NCBI GenBank assembly: GCA_963794325.1 | Contig: CAWCDG010000005.1 | Location: forward strand, 352,001-416,000 | Origin: an uncultured delta proteobacterium | GTDB taxonomy: Bacteria; Desulfobacterota; Binatia; Binatales; Binataceae | Direction of reading: 5' to 3' | DNA length: 64,000 nucleotides | In this document: positions 26,700 to 35,200 of the stretch, piece after piece | How the letters are laid out: every line of letters begins with the position of its first letter | Numbering within the stretch: position 1 is the stretch's first letter | Translations under genes and position numbers: made by a program | Notes under the pieces: model-generated | The model's database searches: none | The model's input: the letters and a program-made list of their open reading frames with translations, nothing else | What the model was told of the DNA's origin: nothing

Positions 26700-28277
26700 T
26701 CATGTGCCCGGGTTGAGGCGGCGGTAGATCGCGCGGTTGCGCTTGTAGAATTCGAGGAATTCGCGGAACTGGCGATCGTAGATGCGCCGGTTGATCTCGA
26801 TCGGCCGATACTCGGCGGCGATCTTCACCCGTCCAGAGATTTCCTCGATCGTAATCTCGCCCAGCGCGGCAAACGCCGCCATCGCAGCGCCGACAGCGTT
26901 GGCATTGCGCGGATTGGCGACCTGCCGCACTGTGCATCCGAGTACGTCGGCCTGGATCTGGCACCATAGATCAGAGCTCGCGCCGCCGCCGATGAAATTG
27001 AGCTGCTCGAACGGCCGCCCAATGAACTTCTCGAGGTGACCCTTGAGCCATCGCAGGTTGTACGCGACGCCTTCCATCACCGCGCGCACGTAATGGCCGC
27101 GGCTGGTGCGCGCAGTCTGGTTGAAGAAGGCGCTGCGCGTCGATGCGTCCTCGTGTGGTGCAAGCACCCCGTTGATCCATGGCGTGAAGATTAAGCCGTC
27201 GCTCCCGGGCGGGACTTCCGCGGCGAGCCGGTTCATGTCGGCATAAACGTCGATGGGAGAATTCGCACTTCCAGCGGGATACAAAATGTCTTTCAGGAAT
27301 TCGAGACTGCGACCCGCGGCGCCCTGCTCGGCGCCCACCATGTAGCGACCCGGGAGCGCAGCCGGCATCGCAGTCAGCATGTGCAGCGGATCGGTTTTCT
27401 TCGCCGGCACATGGCAGCTCATCCACGACGAGGTGCCGATATAGAAGTATCCCTCATAGTCGCGCACGGTGCCGGCGCCTAGGGTCGCCGCATGGCCATC
27501 GGCGGAGCCCATCACGACGCGAGTTGAAGGCGTCAGGCCGAGGTCCGCCGCGACCCCGGGTTTGATTGGGCCGAGCACGGAGTTGACCGGCCGCAAGTCA
27601 GGCAACTTCGCGCGATCGACTCCGGCCATCGCAAGCAACTCGGGTACATAGTCAATCCTGTCAGGATTGCGAATGTCAGTTAACCAGTAAGTGAACATCG
27701 TCGCGTACGACGCCGCAAATTGCCCGGTGAGGCGCAGGTTGAGGTAGTCCATCGGCTCGAGAAACTTGAAAGTCCGCGCATACATCTCGGGTCGCTCGTT
27801 CTTGATGAAGAGGATATGCCCGAGGCCATCGACGCCCGATTGAACTGGCGCGCCGCCCGTGAAGCGCAGCCATTTGAGCACCTTGAACAGTCCGTAGCCC
27901 TGGATTCGCGGCCATCCGCCGGAGACTGCGCGATTGTATTTCGCGCCGCGCGTGTCCATCCACGAGATCGCATTCCCGATTGCCGCGCCGCCCTCATCAA
28001 CGGCCACTGTGACAGCCCACAGCGTGGTGCATGCGACGGCGATGATCTGTTCCGCTGGTACGCGCGAGGCCGCGATCGCCTCCTTCGCTGAGCCGCACAC
28101 GGAGCGCCACCATTCCTCGGGATCATGCTCGACCGCACCGCCCTCCATGAACATCGTAGTGGTATGACGGATTGCCGATGCGACGACTTCACCCGCACTC
28201 GAAACAACGGCGGCCTTGGTGCTGCCGGATCCCATATCGATGGCGAGCACGTATTTCAGCGGAATGGAGGATGGCAT
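26700..28277 (-). CDS. FGGY-family carbohydrate kinase (xylulokinase-like)
   Basis: LAIDMGSGSTK, SWMDTR, DYLNLRLTG, IGTSSW, RAVMEGVA, GGGASSDLWCQIQADV. Confidence 0.9.
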   Translation of the reverse strand: MPSSIPLKYVLAIDMGSGSTKAAVVSSAGEVVASAIRHTTTMFMEGGAVEHDPEEWWRSVCGSAKEAIAASRVPAEQIIAVACTTLWAVTVAVDEGGAAIGNAISWMDTRGAKYNRAVSGGWPRIQGYGLFKVLKWLRFTGGAPVQSGVDGLGHILFIKNERPEMYARTFKFLEPMDYLNLRLTGQFAASYATMFTYWLTDIRNPDRIDYVPELLAMAGVDRAKLPDLRPVNSVLGPIKPGVAADLGLTPSTRVVMGSADGHAATLGAGTVRDYEGYFYIGTSSWMSCHVPAKKTDPLHMLTAMPAALPGRYMVGAEQGAAGRSLEFLKDILYPAGSANSPIDVYADMNRLAAEVPPGSDGLIFTPWINGVLAPHEDASTRSAFFNQTARTSRGHYVRAVMEGVAYNLRWLKGHLEKFIGRPFEQLNFIGGGASSDLWCQIQADVLGCTVRQVANPRNANAVGAAMAAFAALGEITIEEISGRVKIAAEYRPIEINRRIYDRQFREFLEFYKRNRAIYRRLNPGT

Positions 28278-28310
28278 CAGTAATTCCGCTCGCGCTGGAC
28301 GGTTTCGCGG

Positions 28311-29456
28311 CTACTCTTCTGTCAGCGCGTTCAGGTCGGAGATCGCCTCGACGAAGTCTTCCATGAACTCTTTCACCACTGCGCGAGTTGATTTCACGCT
28401 GTCGATCAAACCGACGCCCTGGCCGACGAAATAGGTGACCATTTCGCGCGCCTTCGGGTTGCCGCGCTCGGCTGCGAGATCGACGGCGTGGAGAGCAGGC
28501 TCGCTGATGAGGCTTTGCAGCGGCATCGGCAGCGCGCCGGGGCTGCCCGCGCCCTCCCACGCGTCGGTCCAGGTCGAACGCAACTGGCGCGACGGTTTGC
28601 CAGTGCGGCCTTTGGAACGAACGGTGTCGCGCGATCGCGCTTCGATCATTTTCTGGCGAAAGATTTCCGAGGTCTCCGATTCCGTCGTCGCCAGCCACAC
28701 CGACCCGGTCCACACGCCGGCCGCGCCCATCGCCATGCAGGCCGCCATCTGGCGGCCGGTCATGATGCCGCCGGCGGCCAATACCGGAACCTCGCGGATC
28801 AATTTGATCGCGCGAAGCACTTCGGGGATAAGCACGATAGTCGAGACTTCGCCGCAATGGCCGCCAGCCTCGCCGCCTTGCGCGACAATTATATCGACTC
28901 CCGCTTTGGCCTGGCGCACTGCATGTTCCGGCGCTCCCACCAGCGCAGCGACCGGCACTCCATGCTGATGGCCCATATCGATCATGGCCTGCGGCGGCAC
29001 GCCAAGCGCGTTGGCGATCAATTTGATCGGATGCTGAAATGCAGCCTCGAGCAGCTTCAGCGCGTATTCCGGCTGAAACGGGACGGGCCCATCGGGAGAC
29101 CTGACGCGCCCTTCTTCAATCGCCTGCGAGGGCTCGATTCCATGCCTGGAAAGGAGATCGCGCACGAAATCCTTGTGTTGCTGCGGGATGCGCTCCGCGA
29201 GCGAGCGGTTTGTGACGCCCTGCTCGTATTTGATCGAGAGGTTCTCCGGAATGAGCACATCGATCCCGTATGGCTTGCCGTCGATGTGATCGTCGATCCA
29301 TTTCAGCTCGCGCTCGAGCTGATCGATCGTGAAGGCGGTTGCTCCAAGCACTCCGAAACCGCCCGCCCGGCTCACGGCGGCCACCACGTCGCGGCAGTGG
29401 CTGAACGCCACCAACGGAAAATCGATGCCGAGCATTTTACAAATCGGTGTGTTCAC
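28311..29456 (-). CDS. Nitronate monooxygenase/FabK-like FMN oxidoreductase
   Basis: AFSHCRDVVAAVS, AQGGEAGGH, VLAAGGI, VWTGSVWL, GQGVG. Confidence 0.88.
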   Translation of the reverse strand: MNTPICKMLGIDFPLVAFSHCRDVVAAVSRAGGFGVLGATAFTIDQLERELKWIDDHIDGKPYGIDVLIPENLSIKYEQGVTNRSLAERIPQQHKDFVRDLLSRHGIEPSQAIEEGRVRSPDGPVPFQPEYALKLLEAAFQHPIKLIANALGVPPQAMIDMGHQHGVPVAALVGAPEHAVRQAKAGVDIIVAQGGEAGGHCGEVSTIVLIPEVLRAIKLIREVPVLAAGGIMTGRQMAACMAMGAAGVWTGSVWLATTESETSEIFRQKMIEARSRDTVRSKGRTGKPSRQLRSTWTDAWEGAGSPGALPMPLQSLISEPALHAVDLAAERGNPKAREMVTYFVGQGVGLIDSVKSTRAVVKEFMEDFVEAISDLNALTEE

Positions 29457-29483
29457 TCTGACGACTCCTTGCAGCTCATGATT

Positions 29484-29552
29484 CTATCTGCCGATTCGTC
29501 GCGCGTTGAGCTCACTGAACCATACACCACCATCGGGCGCGATATCGATTCC
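29484..29552 (-). pseudogene. C-terminal remnant of a Vgb-lyase-like beta-propeller gene
   Basis: RGIDIAPDGGVWFSELNARRIGR-stop is one Vgb-type repeat with no upstream continuation. Confidence 0.45.
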
Positions 29553-29554
29553 GC

Positions 29555-29800
29555 GGCAAGTTGAGGTCTCGCCACTGCGCAAGGATTTCGATTTCATTTT
29601 CGAGTTGCCCGCGTCGGTGTTCGAAGGAGTCGCGGCGGGACTGATCGACTTGATCGACGCCGGATTAAAGGACAGCGTCAAGATCACCGGGGATATGAGA
29701 GTCCTGATCAGGCATGCAGAATTGGTGAACGTGATCTACGGCGTTTACGCGCGCGAGATCGAAACGACTTGGCCGAAGGGCAAGCCGGCAAGACCGGCGA
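29555..29800 (+). pseudogene. 5'-truncated SCP2 sterol-carrier-like gene remnant
   Basis: DFDFIFELPASVFEGVAAGLIDLIDAGLKDSVKITGDMRVLIRH matches an SCP2 C-terminal half; no N-terminal half present. Confidence 0.5.
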
Positions 29801-29832
29801 CGCGATGCTCCGCGCCGATTCGCGTCGCGTCG

Positions 29833-30429
29833 CTATGAAGCTTCAGCGGCCTTCGCCGCCATCGTCGCGTGGGCCCACCAGACGAGCTCATCCAAAGCCG
29901 ACTTCGTGGCAGCAAGCAGGCTTGCCTCGATGTCTTCGATGGGCTTGTTTGCCCCCATCGGGGAGGTCGACATGAAATCGGCGCCGCCAATGTGGACGGA
30001 GGCTGCGGTCGAAACCATTCGCAGCGCAATCGCGATGAGGCCTAGATGCTCAACCGCCCGCGCCGCTCCGCTTCCCCCGTAACCAATGGCAGTGAACGGC
30101 TTCCGTCCCCACTCCTTATAGGCCTGGTCGAGTGCGTTCTTCAGCACACCCGTGATCGAGTGATTGTATTCGGCGACCACGAAGACGAAACCGTCATACC
30201 GTGCGAGCGTTTTCTGCCAGCGCAATGCCTCGGCGTTCTCGCTGGGCATCGAGATAAGCGGCCCCTTCTCATCGAAGAACGGCAGCGGATGGTCGAGGAG
30301 GTCAAGAAGCTCCGCCTCGATGTCGTCACGGGCCTGTGCCTGCTTCAGCATCCAGCCAGCGGCCTTGTCGGCGTACCGACCGGGCCGGGTGGAACCAATC
30401 ACGACGGCGATGCGGGGTTTCGTGGTCAT
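29833..30429 (-). CDS. NADPH-dependent FMN reductase
   Basis: GSTRPGR, AEYNHSITGVLKNALD, YGGSGAARAVEHL. Confidence 0.92.
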   Translation of the reverse strand: MTTKPRIAVVIGSTRPGRYADKAAGWMLKQAQARDDIEAELLDLLDHPLPFFDEKGPLISMPSENAEALRWQKTLARYDGFVFVVAEYNHSITGVLKNALDQAYKEWGRKPFTAIGYGGSGAARAVEHLGLIAIALRMVSTAASVHIGGADFMSTSPMGANKPIEDIEASLLAATKSALDELVWWAHATMAAKAAEAS

Positions 30430-30454
30430 GATAACTTCAAATTTTGATTTCGGA

Positions 30455-30955
30455 TGCCGCTGTTCAACCTATTCGCTGACTTTACGACTCGTTTCGTGTG
30501 GTATCGGTCTCGATGGGCTAGGGCTTGGGGCTCGCGTCCATCTCGGAGGCCCGCGCCAGTGCTTGCGTGTCGACATACTCCTGGATGTTCGTCAGTTTGC
30601 CGTTTCGAACGGTAATGGCGAAGACAAAGTGGTCCTCGAACGTCCTATTCGTGGCTTTGACTTTCCCCCTCGCGAAACCGACGACCAGAACCCGGTCTCC
30701 CTGCGCTACGAATTCGGGGGGATTTGGGAATGAAGTTTCCATATTTTTGGAAGCCTTCTGAAGCAAGTCCGCCAATCCCGCGTGCCCGCGGTACGTGCCG
30801 GCCAGCGGCCAGTCCTCGCCCGGAATGATCCACTCGATATCTTCGGCACACAACGCCAGCAGACCTTGCCTATCGCTGCCGCCCATTGCTGCAAAAAAGT
30901 CCTTCACAATCTGGACATTCTTCTGAATGCTCATCGAGATCTCTCCATTTCTCTC
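30455..30955. repeat. Direct repeat, copy 1 (SnoaL gene plus downstream flank)
   Basis: tgccgctgttcaacctattcgctga..tttacgactcgtttcgtgtggtatcg..gatgggctaggg recurs at 31624 onward. Confidence 0.85.
30518..30934 (-). CDS. SnoaL-like/NTF2 (ketosteroid isomerase-like) protein, copy 1
   Basis: NVQIVKDFF, EDIEWIIPG..PLAGTYRG, VAQGDRV, EYVDT. Confidence 0.88.
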   Translation of the reverse strand: MSIQKNVQIVKDFFAAMGGSDRQGLLALCAEDIEWIIPGEDWPLAGTYRGHAGLADLLQKASKNMETSFPNPPEFVAQGDRVLVVGFARGKVKATNRTFEDHFVFAITVRNGKLTNIQEYVDTQALARASEMDASPKP

Positions 30956-30982
30956 TACATCGGATCGCGCGGTGTCGGTAAA

Positions 30983-31408
30983 TCAGCCGACACCGACGCC
31001 AAGTTGTTGCTGCATTACAGAAGCCGCATTGTAGCAATGAAAGGAAATGATCTTTCCATCCTCGAGGTGAAAAACATCGCAAGACGGGACATCTATTGCC
31101 TTGCCCGTGGGAGCTAGAGTTCCAGAAGCAAGGACCAGCTCACCTTTATGCGTTCCCCGAGTTGCGAGCTCGACAACGACGACGTTCTCCGCGACGTAGA
31201 TGCTGATCAACTCACGGTGGACATCAGGAAATGCACTTGCGAAGCCGGCAATAGAGTCACCAATGGCCTGCCCGCGAAACTTTTTGCCGGAAGGAATGTC
31301 GTACATGTATCCTTCCTCAGAGAAGAGAGAGACAAACTTCTCTCTATCCGTTCCTTGCCCCTCTGCGGCGGCGTAAAGCTCTCTGATGAGTTCTTCATTG
31401 CGAAGCAT
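30983..31408 (-). CDS. SnoaL-like ester cyclase family protein
   Basis: AFPDVHREL, VVVELATRGTHKG..APTGKAIDVPSCDVFHLEDGKI. Confidence 0.88.
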   Translation of the reverse strand: MLRNEELIRELYAAAEGQGTDREKFVSLFSEEGYMYDIPSGKKFRGQAIGDSIAGFASAFPDVHRELISIYVAENVVVVELATRGTHKGELVLASGTLAPTGKAIDVPSCDVFHLEDGKIISFHCYNAASVMQQQLGVGVG

Positions 31409-31590
31409 ATTTAATCCTTCCCGCAGTCGGTTACTGTCTGTTGACTTGCTGCCGGTGGTGTTGTGGATCTGCCGGTGAGTCGTACTGTCGGTGATTCAGC
31501 CGATATCGACTTTCATGGCGATATCCCAGGTGCCGGCTCCGATCACCCCGTTAGGGGGTCCTTGTTCCACGCCCGCGCGCAGCATGAACG

Positions 31591-31637
31591 CGCGCGGCAC
31601 GCTGTTTACGGTTCAGAAGGCGTTGCCGCTGTTCAAC
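31591..31637 (+). repeat. 47-bp perfect inverted copy of an internal SDR segment (33306-33352)
   Basis: cgcgcggcacgctgtttacggttcagaaggcgttgccgctgttcaac is the reverse complement of 33306-33352 (RGTLFTVQKALPLFN). Confidence 0.9.
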
Positions 31638-32125
31638 CTATTCGCTGAGTTTACGACTCGTTTCGTGTGGTATCGATCTCGATGGGCTAGGGCCTGGGGC
31701 TCGCGGCCGTCTCGGAGGCCCGCGCCAGTGCTTGCGTGTCGATATACTCCTTGATGTGCGCTATTTTGCCGTCTCGAATGGTAATGTCGAAGACCCACTC
31801 GTCCCTGTACGGCTTATTCGTAGCGTAGATTTTTCCCGTAGCGACGCCGATGACTAGAACCCGGTCTCCCTGCGCCACGAATTCGGGGGGCGTTGGGTAT
31901 TTCATTTCCACCTCTTTGGACGCCTTCTTAAGCACAGCCGCCAATTCCGCGTGCCCGCGGTACGTGCCTGCGAGCGCCCAGCCCTCGCCCGGAATGATCC
32001 ACTCAATATCTTCGGTAACCAACGCCAGCAGATCGTGCTCATTGTAGCTGCCTATTGCTGCAAAGAAATCCTTCACAATTTGGACATTCCCTTCGATAGT
32101 CATCGATATCTCTCCTTTTTCTTAC
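31624..32125. repeat. Direct repeat, copy 2 (SnoaL gene plus downstream flank)
   Basis: Colinear with 30455-30955. Confidence 0.85.
31687..32103 (-). CDS. SnoaL-like/NTF2 protein, copy 2
   Basis: Same length (138 aa) and clearly paralogous to 30518..30934. Confidence 0.88.
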   Translation of the reverse strand: MTIEGNVQIVKDFFAAIGSYNEHDLLALVTEDIEWIIPGEGWALAGTYRGHAELAAVLKKASKEVEMKYPTPPEFVAQGDRVLVIGVATGKIYATNKPYRDEWVFDITIRDGKIAHIKEYIDTQALARASETAASPRP

Positions 32126-32197
32126 ACTAAGTGTGTCCGATCTAATCGGACGTTTCGCAACCGACCTTCTTAGGCCAAACAAACGGTCGTAAATCGA

Positions 32198-32800
32198 TTA
32201 CTGCTCCTTCTTGAACAGGTCCTGGAAGATGAGCCGACCCCAGGTTTTTCCGCGTGCGTGCACCAGCGCGCCACCCTCGTTGAGCTTTCCCAGGTTGACG
32301 GGTGCGAACCCGAGTTGTTTGGCCAAATCCGCCACGGGAGCGGTCGCGTCCTCGTCATCGCTCGACAGGAAGACGACCCGGTGGCCGCCCTCGACGATCG
32401 GGTCGGTAGCCAGTGTGGCCGCAACCAGGTGATTAAAACCCTTCACCAACTTGGCGCCGGTGAACGACTTCGCAACGAATGCGGAGGACGGGAGACCGTC
32501 CAGTTCCTCAGGTGGGACTGGAAACGAGTTCATCGCGTCGATGACCGTCTTGCCTTTCCAACTCGGCAGGGCCTTCGCAATCTCGCGATGTTCCCCGAAC
32601 GGAACCGCCAAGATGATTGTGTCAGCCTCGAGTGCATCCCGCAGCGACTTGGCGACGACCGTGGATCCAATCGCCCGAGCCTGCGGTGCCAACGCCTCGG
32701 GGGGCCGGTGACTCGCAACGGTCACGTCGATGTTTTTACGGGCGAAGGCGTGGGCGAGGGCCTGACCTATCTTTCCGAATCCTACAATTGCATAGCTCAT
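32198..32800 (-). CDS. NADPH-dependent F420 reductase-like (F420_oxidored) protein
   Basis: MSYAIVGFGKIG, ILAVPF, VIDAMN, LVKGFNH, GFAPVNLG. Confidence 0.88.
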   Translation of the reverse strand: MSYAIVGFGKIGQALAHAFARKNIDVTVASHRPPEALAPQARAIGSTVVAKSLRDALEADTIILAVPFGEHREIAKALPSWKGKTVIDAMNSFPVPPEELDGLPSSAFVAKSFTGAKLVKGFNHLVAATLATDPIVEGGHRVVFLSSDDEDATAPVADLAKQLGFAPVNLGKLNEGGALVHARGKTWGRLIFQDLFKKEQ

Positions 32801-32951
32801 AATATTTCTCCGATCCTTGTTGATATTGATTCCCAGCCTTCGACGGTGTGGGACATCAAATTCCGTTCTGCGGCCACCTTCCATAAACGTCCCGCGGTAA
32901 ATCACTTTGCGGGCGGCCGGAAGGTCAGCCACTAGCCGAGGTCTGCAGACG

Positions 32952-33686
32952 TTAGATGGCCGTCATGCCGCCGTCGACGGACAACTCCACCCCATTCACG
33001 AAGCTCGAATCGTCTGAAGCAAGAAACAGCGCGACCGTCGCGATTTCCTCAGGTTGACCCATCGTTCCCCGCGGGATCAGGGATTCGAACATCTCCTTCG
33101 CCTCCTTGGTGAGAACTTCTTCCTGCATCGGTGTGGCGATCGGCCCCGGGCCCAGCACGTTCACCCGGATCTTCCTGCCCTTCAGTTCGTTAAGCCACGT
33201 GCGTGCGAAGGAGCGCAATGCTGCCTTGCTCGCCGCATACACGCTGAAACCAGGAAAACCCTTCACCGAAGCAACTGATCCGGTCATGATGATCGATCCG
33301 CCATCGTTGAACAGCGGCAACGCCTTCTGAACCGTAAACAGCGTGCCGCGCGTATTCAGGCCGAAGGCCGCATCGAAGTGCCGCTCGGTAATCTCGCCCA
33401 GTGGGACGGCTTCGCCCGTGCCAGCGCTCGCGAACAGGACGTCGATCTTGCCCTTTTCTCGCTTGACCGTAGCGAACAGACGGTCGAGGTCGTCGAGATT
33501 TGCCGCGTCACCGCGCACGCCGGTCACGTTCCGGCCAATCAACTTGACGGCCTCATCGAGCTGCTCCTGCTTCCTACCCGTGATGAAAACGTAGGCGCCT
33601 TCTTCAACGAACAGCTTGGCGCTCGCCAGCGCCATGCCGCTCGATCCCCCCGTAATGACTGCAACCTTACCTTCAAGCTTTCCCAT
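32952..33686 (-). CDS. Classical SDR oxidoreductase
   Basis: TGGSSGMA, YAASKAA, IRVNVLGPG, VDGG. Confidence 0.92.
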   Translation of the reverse strand: MGKLEGKVAVITGGSSGMALASAKLFVEEGAYVFITGRKQEQLDEAVKLIGRNVTGVRGDAANLDDLDRLFATVKREKGKIDVLFASAGTGEAVPLGEITERHFDAAFGLNTRGTLFTVQKALPLFNDGGSIIMTGSVASVKGFPGFSVYAASKAALRSFARTWLNELKGRKIRVNVLGPGPIATPMQEEVLTKEAKEMFESLIPRGTMGQPEEIATVALFLASDDSSFVNGVELSVDGGMTAI

Positions 33687-34021
33687 AATTACTCCCTCTG
33701 GTACATGTTTAGCATTCAGTATAGTGAAATAGATTCTTTGGCAAAGGACGAGAACTGCTCGAAAGTCCTAATCTTTTGTCCATTCGTCCAAAAGAGGGGG
33801 CTAGGTTGGACTGTGGTCTAGCACTGCGCTCGGTCAATATGTAGCAGATGCAACTGGTTGCGGCTTTCGCGACCAAGCGAAGTAGTCAAAATCGAGGGAT
33901 CGTTGTCTGAATTGCCTTCGGGACCCAAAGAACCGGGACGGTGAAGGCTTCCAAGATCGGGTCGGATTCCAACGTTTCCAAAGGAAAGTAATCAACACAG
34001 ATTCCAGTAGAGAGGTTTCCA

Positions 34022-34987
34022 ATGGACCCGATAACAGACATCTTCAGAACGATGCACGTAACCGCTTTCGGTCTGCACAGGCTCGAAGCCACAGCCCCGT
34101 GGGGCGTAATACAGGAGAAGCAGACCGAGGAAAAAGTCACGCCTTCCGACAAAAAGATTGCACCCACAGATTTGGCTCACTTCGCCATGCTTTCGCGCGG
34201 CAACTGCTGGCTGAGTGTGGAAGGGATTCCGGAGCCGATTCCCCTCACCGGTGGTGATTGCTTTTTGCTGGCCCGGGGGACTTCGATTGTTTTGCGCGAC
34301 AGCCCACGAACACGTCCAAGGTGGAGTTTCCGCGAGATCGGGGCCAAAGCCAAAAGTAATGTCGCTCATTATGGAGGTGGTGGCGCACCGACGACAATCG
34401 TCTGTGGGTCCTTGAGTTTCGATCGCGCCAGCCTCAAGCCGATCACTCAGTTATTGCCGAGCTTCATTCTGATCAAGGCCGAGCAGGCACGCACGCTTGC
34501 TCTTCACAACACAATGCAAGCGCTGGCATCAGAAATGGCAGAACAGACGCCGGGATCTGAAGCAGTCGCGACCCGGCTAGCCGAGGTCCTATTTATCCAG
34601 GTACTCCGGGCGCATATCGCGTCGGGACCGAAACGCAACAAAGGATGGCTTCGTGCTGTTTTCGATCCTCAAATCGGCACTGCCCTGAGTGCCATTCACG
34701 ACAGAGTGAATACACCTTGGACGGTCGAATCCCTGGCCGAAGCGGCGGGTATGTCTCGCTCCGCATTCGCAGCACGATTTAAAGAGCTACTCGGACAAAC
34801 ACCACTGGAATATGTAACCGAGTGGCGGATGCAGAAGGCGATGCAGCTACTACAAGAGCGTGACAAAAAGCTCATAGACGTCGCTCGGTTGGTCGGTTAC
34901 GAGTCCGACGCTTCGTTCAGTAAGGCGTTCAAGCGAGTTGTCGGGGCCAACCCTGGTGAATACCTCAAACGATCTGACCGTGCTTGA
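34022..34987 (+). CDS. AraC-family regulator with a Cupin_6 domain (RclR-like), divergent from the SDR operon
   Basis: MDPITD, GNCWL, PWTVESLAEAAGMSRSAFAARF, VGYESDASFSKAFKR. Confidence 0.92.
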   Translation: MDPITDIFRTMHVTAFGLHRLEATAPWGVIQEKQTEEKVTPSDKKIAPTDLAHFAMLSRGNCWLSVEGIPEPIPLTGGDCFLLARGTSIVLRDSPRTRPRWSFREIGAKAKSNVAHYGGGGAPTTIVCGSLSFDRASLKPITQLLPSFILIKAEQARTLALHNTMQALASEMAEQTPGSEAVATRLAEVLFIQVLRAHIASGPKRNKGWLRAVFDPQIGTALSAIHDRVNTPWTVESLAEAAGMSRSAFAARFKELLGQTPLEYVTEWRMQKAMQLLQERDKKLIDVARLVGYESDASFSKAFKRVVGANPGEYLKRSDRA

Positions 34988-35200
34988 CGGCTGGCGCGGT
35001 CAGGCAGGGGCATTTTCATTTTTCGATTCTGCGGTTGAAGTCAGTCGCGCGCGCGAGTCCGATGTACCCGATCGCGACATTGATTCCTTGGGCACCGCCG
35101 GCGCGGCTCGGCTGGCCGAATCCGCGGCGCGGGTCTATAAGCTGGAAAGAAGAACGCGCACGGTACTTGCTTCGATGGCGCTGACGGCAAGGAGGCTACA

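Noticed and set aside
28488-29564. 358-aa plus-strand ORF
   Set aside because: Antisense shadow of the nitronate monooxygenase-like gene
29833-34987. Autonomous mobile element
   Set aside because: No integrase, transposase or terminal repeats; only internal rearrangement scars
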